NCBI GenBank assembly: GCA_951406725.2
Contig: OX597819.1
Span: 16,244,001-16,308,000 of the forward strand
DNA length: 64,000 nt
Source: Octopus vulgaris
Taxonomy: Eukaryota
Reading direction: 5' to 3'
Below are positions 54,244-64,000 of the stretch, in pieces. Within the stretch, counting starts at the first letter, position 1; each line of letters starts with the position of its first letter. The notes beneath the pieces were generated by a model. It saw only the letters and a list, made by a program, of their open reading frames with translations. It searched no databases and had not been told where the DNA came from. A program made the translations under genes and the position numbers.

Positions 54244-55930
54244 CATTATTATTATTATTATCATTATTAAATTATTATTACTATTATCATCATCATTATT
54301 ATTATTGTTATTATTATTACCCATTTATTGCTAATTTCTGCTATTGTTGGTGTTGTTGTTGTTGTTATTGTTGTTAGTATTAATACTGGTGGTGGTGGTG
54401 GTGGTGGCAGTGGAGGTGGTAGCAGTGGTGGTGGTGAGTAGTGAGTTGGTGATGGTGATGATTGTGGCGGTGTTGTCGATGATGGTGGTGGTTGTGATGG
54501 GGTAAACTTTTTTTAAAATTTCCCATAAATTCTCACTAATGAAGTCAACTATACCAATTACAGAAATATGCATTAGAAATACATACATATATAAACATAC
54601 ACACACACATATATATATTCATATAATACACACATATACATATGCATATATACACATATCCATAAATACCTACATATATTTATGTGTGTATGTATGTATG
54701 TATGAATGTGTGTATGTATGTGTATGTATATATATATATAATATACCTGTATAAATGCGTGCACATCTATCTACCTATAAATCTCTCTCTCTCTCTCACT
54801 ATATATATATCTATATCTATATATATACATACATACATATGTATATATATAGATATATATGTATGTATATATATATATACATTTACATATATATATACAT
54901 TTACATATATATATACATTTATATATATATTTATGTACATATATATATACATTTACATATATATATACATTTACATATATATATACATTTACATATATAT
55001 ATATATATATACATTTACATATATATACATTTATATATATATATACATTTACATATATATATATATATATATGTATATCCGGATTGATTGGGGAACATTT
55101 GAGTCTACATAGACAGAAAAAATACTCAGTATCTACATGTTAGTAGTGATCATTGACTTTTTGTTTACAAGGTGAAGTCTCTTGGAACTACTTTAAGTTT
55201 CAAGTTTCCGATTGTCCAAACTTTCGATGAAGAATAGAAGTCTGACGATATATGAGAAAAAAGAAGAAAAAAACGTTCAAAAACACATGGATAGATGTTT
55301 TGTTATAGAATTTCTGTTTAGGCGAATCTACGAATATTCATTTTAATCTCTATAAATATCCCGTTACGAAACCTCTCTTATCTCTTGAACATTATACTAC
55401 ATTAACATAAATTTTGATTACCCCTCATTAATCCTAAAAATTGTTTGTGATATCTATAAACACATATCCAAGAGTTCATGATTCCAGCTATCCTCCATTA
55501 AGCTGGAAAAAAGCAAAAAAAAAAAAAAAAAGAGAAATAAACTTGTTAACATTGGTAATGGCATAAGCTTGAGCTCGTATGATTTGAGTAAAATTTAAGC
55601 GTGACACCAAGGAAGTTTACTGTTGTGATGTTTGCTTCAACGATCACGCATCGGCCAAATGTGCTTAATGTTGTAATTATTTGTTTGATGAATGTGTCAG
55701 CTGTTTGTACTGCTTGAAATCATCTTCTCATCATGAGTCACATACTTCTGTTACAAGAGTTGGTTCCTAAACCATGTCAGTGGCTGTCATTGTTGTTATT
55801 TGGTCTTAGTTCAGCTCTCTTCCGGAAGATTTATGATTAAAGAAATCCCAGATTCCAGTCATGTTCGTCTCATCTTTTTTTCAGACATAAACGTCTAGGA
55901 CTATATGCAATCTGTTCTTCTATATTTTTA

Positions 55931-55965
<35 letters not shown>

Positions 55966-57627
55966 AATAAAATCATATGTTTGGCTCCTATTTCTAGCAT
56001 GTAACACAGCCACATACAAACTCCCTTCTTGTCTTCGTTGTGGTTGTGCTGCCAATATTTTCGTCTTTAATTGTCAAAAAGTTAAAATTTAATTAAAGAA
56101 AATATATTCGTTCTCGCGCCGTAGTTGCTGATGTTGTTTAAGCCCATCTCAGCACTCATTGACACGATATATGATTAAAGGCTTTCTAGCCATGACCATC
56201 CCGTTTTTCCTGCTGTTGCTGTTTTTAGGCTTAGTATACGTCCTGCTGCTTTTAAAGATGACAAGATATGGTTTAATACTCCTTAACAGGTCGATTGACC
56301 ACGTAGAAAATCCGTCTTATATTGTTGCAATTGTTGTTGCTGTTGTTATTGTGTTGTGGTTAGTAAGAGTACTTCAGTTGTTTTACTTTTTATTGCGTCC
56401 TTTCATTTCTCTGCTGTGTCGAGCTTTCAGTACCTTGCGTACATAGTGTTTTGGTGTCTTCCTTTTTGTTCGTGCGCTTTTTGCTGTTTTGTCAAAAGCT
56501 TCCAATGCAATATGTCACCTGGAAATCAACCCATGAAAGGATGAGCCACTGGCATTCTTTCAATGCCACAGGTGAAACCGTGATCGAGAATAAATGCAAA
56601 ATGTCATTTGTAAATCTTTTCTGCGGATCAAAAGCATAGTAAGAATGTGTTTCTGTTCTTACGGTTCAAATCACAATAAAGGGCATGAAAAAAGTTACAA
56701 GAATGCATCTGGCAACCGGTCTGCTAAGCAAAATGGTGAGGAGTGATTAAAAGACAAGATAAGAGGGAAAAGAACAGCCCTAAAACACAAAATAAAAGGA
56801 ACAGAGTAACCCCGATATTAACTTTTTCATTTATTTCTTAATTCCACTGAATCTGTTGAAAAAATCAATTTCTTTCGCGCTTTTATAGGAATCCATTGTT
56901 TCCACTTCATTTCCATTCGGTTCTCTTCCCTCGGTTTTGCCTCCTTTTGTTTTTCTTAGTCACATCCAAATTCAAGAATATTTCGATATATCAAAAAACT
57001 ATGTTCTGAGTTCAAATTCCGCCGAAGTCGACTTTGTCTTTTATCCTTTTGGGGTCGATAAATTAAGCACCAGTTGCGTACTGGGGTCGATCTAATCAGC
57101 TGGTCCCCTCCCATAAAATTTCGGGCCTTGTGCTTAGAGAAGAGAAGAATATATAAAATGACTACTCTGTATTTTTGGTCAGGAGCGTATTGTGTGTGTG
57201 TGTGTGTGTGTATGTGTGAATTTACTTTGTGTTGGTGGTTCTATACAGTCGCTAGTTTTGAAGTTTGAACTTGTGCGTGTTGTTTTTTGTTTGTTTTTGT
57301 TACTTTCAGATTGAACCCTTTTTTGCTTTCTTTCTGTATCTGTTTTGTATATTTATTTTATATATTACCATTATTAATTGTAATTTTCCTCTTTTTTTTT
57401 TTACTAGTCTTTTTTTTTATTTTTCGTGTGATCTGGTTTTAATCGTTTTGCTGTGTCGTCGGCTGTGTACTTATGATTTTTCTCTCTCAAATATGCTTTT
57501 AATATCTTACAAGTTTATTACTATTAGATCTTTGCTAGTTTGATGGATTTAACCGTTCTGGGGGTGGAATATATATTTGATATGTGTGTATACATACACA
57601 CTCACATTTATATGTGCCTGTGTGTGT

Positions 57628-57665
<38 letters not shown>

Positions 57666-59246
57666 GTTGAAGGGAGGAAGGGGATTGTGTGAATAAGATT
57701 GTTCTAAGGCGTTGTGAAAACATATGTACCCTAAATATTTTTACCAACACTCTGACCTGTTTCTCCTGTGTGAGCTCTGGAAAGTTAGCGCATGATCCTT
57801 CTTGGTTCATATTACTGTATACTCTATGTGGTAGCTCGTAATCGATATATTGGTTTGTGCGAACAAATTGAAGACCTTATTACAGGTGAACTAATCAAAA
57901 TAGTTGAACTTACAGCTGATCGATCAGATGTTTCGATCTGATTTTGTTTTCACACAATTTTTGTATTGAAAATAGTTTTTCTGGGGATTTTCTGGAATCT
58001 GTTAGTTATTTCACCTCTGGGCGTGGTGTCTACGAATCGTATCAAAATTTAAAGATCTACTTCTAAGTAACGACTCAGGCCATTTTATTATTTTCTCAAA
58101 CCACATCAGTTCAAAATTTGTTGCCATGAAGACGCCATATTCCATATCTGTACTTTTTAAAATTTGTATTTTCCAGTGTATGCCATTGTTTCCTCCCTTC
58201 ATGAGACTAAACACATCATTTGTGATGTATTCATCATTTCTCTTATGAGGTTTGCCATTAGGATATTTGACATATCAGTGTCCGACAAAACAGTCTTTAC
58301 TGATTATTTGTTGGGGTTCACCATAGACTTTCTGCATGGTTTGGGTCATTTATCCTGTATGTTCTCAACACATACTGAAGGTGTCTAGAGGTTTAAGAAA
58401 CTGATTTCTATAACATAGTGAACAGAATTAACCATGTATTGTATTGTAGGAATAGTATGGCTTGCTAAGGAATAAATCCATAGATATTAACCGTCGCAAA
58501 TTGTTTAAACAAATTACAATTAAAAAAAGATAGATTAGACAGTCTTAATGGCAATTGTGATTTAAAGGCAAGGTGAGCAGTTGATGATGAGAATATGAAC
58601 AAATCTGAGAACTATAGTCATGCGTATTTTCTGTATATTACTGTATCGCGTAATATTATACACTTACTTATACAGGAATATATAAAGCCATACACCACGT
58701 ACAGAAAAAAGCTGCCCCTTGAGAAAAATCCCAGAGTTACCGCCATTGTGAGTTTCTGTGCCGTATACATGACTCCATCATATTTAAAGATGCCAACGTA
58801 CAAATGGTTCTATGTGTATAATTTATGTGATAGAATACAATAATGGAAGAAGAGCAACCCTAGCTCTATGCTTAATATATAGGCTTCAACACACACTCAT
58901 AGACATATATGCATACAAACATACCATAGTAGTTAAATGCATAAACTCAGTAAGAATCTAATACTGGTTTCAGATTTTGGGAAATCAAGTAATTTCGGAG
59001 GAGGGGTAAGTCGATGGTACTTATTTTATTAACTCACGAAAGGATGAAAAGCAAAGTCGACCTCGTCGGAATTTGAACTCAGAACGTAAAGACAGACAAA
59101 ATATTGCTAAGCATTTTGCGCAGCGTGCTAACGATTCTGCCAGCTCGTCGCTTCGTGCATCAAGAAGAATTATAAATATACTATGAAAGTCTTCACAAAC
59201 ATCCAAAATCCAAATTCTATGAGAAAAGGAAAAAACTATCTGCAAT

Positions 59247-59285
<39 letters not shown>

Positions 59286-59971
59286 TGTGTCTGGTTGGAC
59301 ATATATATACATACGATGTATTAGGTGCATAGTTAAGAAACTCGCTTTGCATCCGTGTGGGTTTTCAGTTCGGTCCTAATGCGCTGCTCTTTCACCCAAT
59401 GACTCCTACCCGTTCCGACTAATACCGTGTGAGTGAATTCCGTAGACGGAAACTGTGTGTAAGTCCGTCATCAGTGTATGTGTGTTTCCCTCGTCACCGC
59501 TTGAGAGCTGGTGTTGGTTCCTTTACATTCTGTAATTAAGTGGCTCAATGATATAAAAATAAAGACCTCATAGAATATGTACCAGATTTTAAAATATGGT
59601 CAGGGGTTGTGCTGTTAGATGAAAACCATTCAAGGCGGGGCCCCCATCATGGCGGCAGTCTGATGGCGGAAACAAGTAAAACATAACAGAAATTAGCAGC
59701 CAGCAATAGAGTAAATCCACGGGTAAAACATGAAAGAATTACTGCATCATTCGTTCGAGATGCTTCGATTTAAAAGCACCTGAAGAAAAAAAAAAAGAGG
59801 ACAAAAATTAAACAGAGAAAATGTATAAAAAAATATAGATAAGAAAGAAAACCCTGAATGGAAAATAACAAGTTGCCAAATGCATAGATTTTGCCAGAAG
59901 GAACTAAACGATTAGTGAACAGTGCTTTAGTAATGACCCGTCAACTATATGTGTATGTGTGTGTGTGCATG

Positions 59972-60019
<48 letters not shown>

Positions 60020-60107
60020 TAATAATAATATGACAATAAAGCAATGAATGAGACCTCGATATTATGTAATTACAAGAATTTATTTATAAATATATGTGAC
60101 AGTTGGT

Positions 60108-60160
<53 letters not shown>

Positions 60161-60659
60161 GTATATATATTGTGGTGGTGGGGGTGCATGAGAGATGAAT
60201 GGTTACTGTAATCGTCATGTTCTGCTCATCTGATGAACCAGCTTTATCAGCAGTAATTAGTCGATATACAGTTGTGTTATATAATGTACACACACACACA
60301 CACTTATATGTGCGTTTATGTGTGTAAATCCATCTATCTATCTCTATGTCTATCTCTCTCTCTCTCTCTCACTCTCTCTCTCTATATATATATATATATC
60401 ACGTGATCATGTGACCAACCTGGCTATCAGATTTTGTTATTCATTGCTAGTCACAATGCGTTTTGCATTGTTTTGGCCTTCAAATGGACACCACTCCGCT
60501 GGCTAGCTGAGCAGACCAGCATCTTCCCACGAAGTGGAGACTGGAGCAACATGAAATGAAGTGTTTTGCTCAAGAATACAACGCGCCGCCCGATCAGGGA
60601 ATCGAACCCTAAGCCATGCGCCTTCATACAAACACACACACACGTTTATGTGTATGTAT

Positions 60660-60668
60660 ATACATACA

Positions 60669-60722
<54 letters not shown>

Positions 60723-61080
60723 TATGTATATATATATGTACATACATACATATATATATATGTGTGTGTGTATATATATATTTGTACATGCATACATTGT
60801 TATATATCTATGTAGGTATCTATCTATCTATCTATCTATCTATATATATATATGTATATATATATATGTATATATATATGTATATATATATGTATATATA
60901 TATGTATATATATATGTATATATATATGTATATATATATGTATATATATATATGTATATATATATATGTATATATATATATGTATATATATATGTGTATA
61001 TATATATATGTATATATATATGTGTATATATATATATGTATATATATATGTATATATATATGTATATATATATGTATATA

Positions 61081-61163
<83 letters not shown>

Positions 61164-61486
61164 GTATATATATATGTGTATATATATATGTGTATATATA
61201 TATGTGTATATATATATATGTATATATATATGTGTATATATATATGTGTATATATATATGTGTATATATATATGTGTATATATATATGTGTATATATATA
61301 TGTATATATGTATATATATATATGATTATATATATGTGTATATATATATGTATATATGTATATATATATATGATTATATATATATGTATATATATATGTA
61401 TATATATATGTATATGTATATATGTATATATATATGTATATATGTATATATATATGTATATATGTATATATATGTATATATATATG

Positions 61487-61544
<58 letters not shown>

Positions 61545-62426
61545 TTGATATTGATATTGATACATGCACATGTCTATCTTTTATCTTCTACTTGTTTCAA
61601 TCATTGGACAGTACGCATAATATACAATATAAGATGTACCCCCGTATATATCTAAATGAAAAACTGTGGATTAAGTGGTATGATTTGTAAATATGATATT
61701 CTTTTGTTTGAACAACAACAATAGCAACAACGGTAGCAGTATCAAGAACAACAACAATATCGATCTAATCAATTAACTTCAGACAAATTATGCATGCCGC
61801 CCATCTAATCAATTAATGAATTGTTTGTTTTTCGTTCTCTTTAGATGTTTGTTTGCTTGCTTATCATTTTATATACGGCTGGGCATGTATATAAATATGT
61901 ATAAATATATATATAAGCATTTGTATATGTATTTGTATGTATGTATGTATATATATATATATATATGTATATATATACATAAAAGCATATATATTTGTGT
62001 GTGTATATATTAATACATGCATGTATATATGTATGCATGAATGTACACATGTATGCATGTATATATATATATGTGTGTATATATGTAAGTAGGTATATAT
62101 ATATTTATATATATACACGTATAGAACTACGCTCACCCTATATATGCACATTTATATATCTAAATGTATACATGTATAAATTCATACATGTCTGTCTGTG
62201 TTAATATGTATGTATATGCATGTATGTATGTGTATATATATATATATATACATACATACATACATATATATATGAATATATATATATACACATACATACA
62301 TACATACATATATATGTATATATATATAGATATACATATATATATATATAAATGTATATATATATATATGTAAATGTATATATATATATATGTAAATGTA
62401 TGTATATGTATATATATATGTATATG

Positions 62427-62457
<31 letters not shown>

Positions 62458-62490
62458 GTAAATGTATATATATATATATATGTATATATG

Positions 62491-62539
<49 letters not shown>

Positions 62540-62582
62540 GTGTATATATATATATGTATATATATATATGTATATATATATG

Positions 62583-62625
<43 letters not shown>

Positions 62626-62738
62626 GTATATATATATGTATATATATATGTATATATGTATATGTATATATATGTATGTATATATGTATATATATATATG
62701 TATATATATATATGTATATATATATGTATATATATATG

Positions 62739-62772
<34 letters not shown>

Positions 62773-63083
62773 TATATGGAGCAGAAAGATATGCATCACT
62801 GTGAATAGTAGTTATTGATAGATTACTCTTGAATTTCTTCAACTTGGTCTGACGAATCACGAGATAAAAGTTCGATTCTGTAGGATATAATATTATTATA
62901 ATTATTACGTGAGACATAGCACTGTGTCCATATTGGTCTAGTTATTATTCACTCACATTCACGCACATAATACATGAAGGATTATTATCAAAAGCAATCG
63001 TAATCTATCCTAGGGCAGTATAATAAACATTTATATCTACATCATATAAAATTTGCACAATGCAAAATTGACTTTTAAAATTT

Positions 63084-63131
<48 letters not shown>

Positions 63132-63310
63132 TATATATACACACACACAGTTATATATGGATACATGTATATATATATATTTGTATGTATATATGTTCAT
63201 ATATGTATATATATATATTTATATATGTATGTATGTATATGTATATATATGTATATATATGTATGTGTATATATATATATATACATACATATATACATAT
63301 ATATACATAC

Positions 63311-63343
<33 letters not shown>

Positions 63344-63356
63344 CATATATACATAT

Positions 63357-63403
<47 letters not shown>
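60660..63403. repeat. Cluster of long interrupted (TA)n tracts
   Basis: ~60660-61540, 62160-62780 and 63090-63403. Confidence 0.95.
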
Positions 63404-63408
<5 letters not shown>

Positions 63409-63995
63409 GAAATGAAGAAAATGCTGACAAAATAATTTAAGTAAAGGAGAGTGTATTTAATTAGGTGAAAGTTCTTTTTTAAAACAAAAAAAGGTGAAAA
63501 ATTGGGTTAGAATACAATGTTCATTTTTTGTGAATGATTTCAGTGTAGAATAAAAAAAGTAAGAGTTTACCGGTTGCGCATTTGTTATGCTTATCAAAAG
63601 ATATTTTTGAGTGAGATAGAGTTCCTTTCTGATTGATTTTTTTCGAGAAAAAAATCAATCAGAAAGGAACTCTATCTCACTCAAAATATCTTTTGATAAG
63701 CATAACAAATGCGCAACCGGTAAACTCTTTTTTTATTCTACACTGAAATCTGACATTGAACTTTTCCACAAAAAACTGTATATTACACGCTTTTACTAAA
63801 TATCTTATTCTGCAACAGAACACTGTAAAAGACTCTTACTTTTTTTCTTATACACTGTAATCATTCACAAAAAATGAACATTGTATTCGAACCCAATTTT
63901 CCCCTTTTTTTGTTTAAAAAAAGAACTTTCACCTAATTAAATACACTCTCCCTTACTTAAATTATTTTGTCAGCATTTTCTTCATTTCCTTTTTT
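63403..63995. mobile_element. Foldback/MITE-like palindromic element with nested hairpin
   Basis: ~63405-63565 is the reverse complement of ~63832-63992. An inner near-perfect palindrome ~63537-63750 is centred on T7-CGAG-A7. TA-rich flanks. Confidence 0.8.
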
Positions 63996-64000
63996 TATAT

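Noticed and set aside
58011-58500. Possible minus-strand GIY-YIG remnant (AYTGK)
   Set aside because: A single weak motif, too decayed to call.

Overview
AT-rich, microsatellite-saturated animal DNA. The SINE families and repeat style suggest an octopus (coleoid cephalopod) genome; this is an inference. Nearly all ORFs in the supplied track are microsatellite artefacts. The real host gene is a + strand SMOC/Pentagone-like (SPARC-family EC domain) gene. It is visible as phase 1-1 exons at 41927-41974 (basic microexon), 44632-44742 (needs a GC-AG donor) and 45733-45975 (EF-hand pair), with candidate linker microexons at 52855-52911 and 53354-53383. No Kazal or thyroglobulin exon was found, so the first ~42 kb is probably one giant intron. 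The introns are packed with mobile DNA: R4/Dong-clade RLE retrotransposon ends and a ~550 bp non-coding partner element, both sitting in (AAT)n arrays; an RTE LINE with a twin-priming-like inversion; CR1/L2 and Penelope remnants; hammerhead-ribozyme-like motifs; three tRNA-SINE families; Helitrons; mariner/MITEs; and a nested foldback palindrome at the right edge. All calls were made by eye without database searches, and repeat boundaries are approximate.
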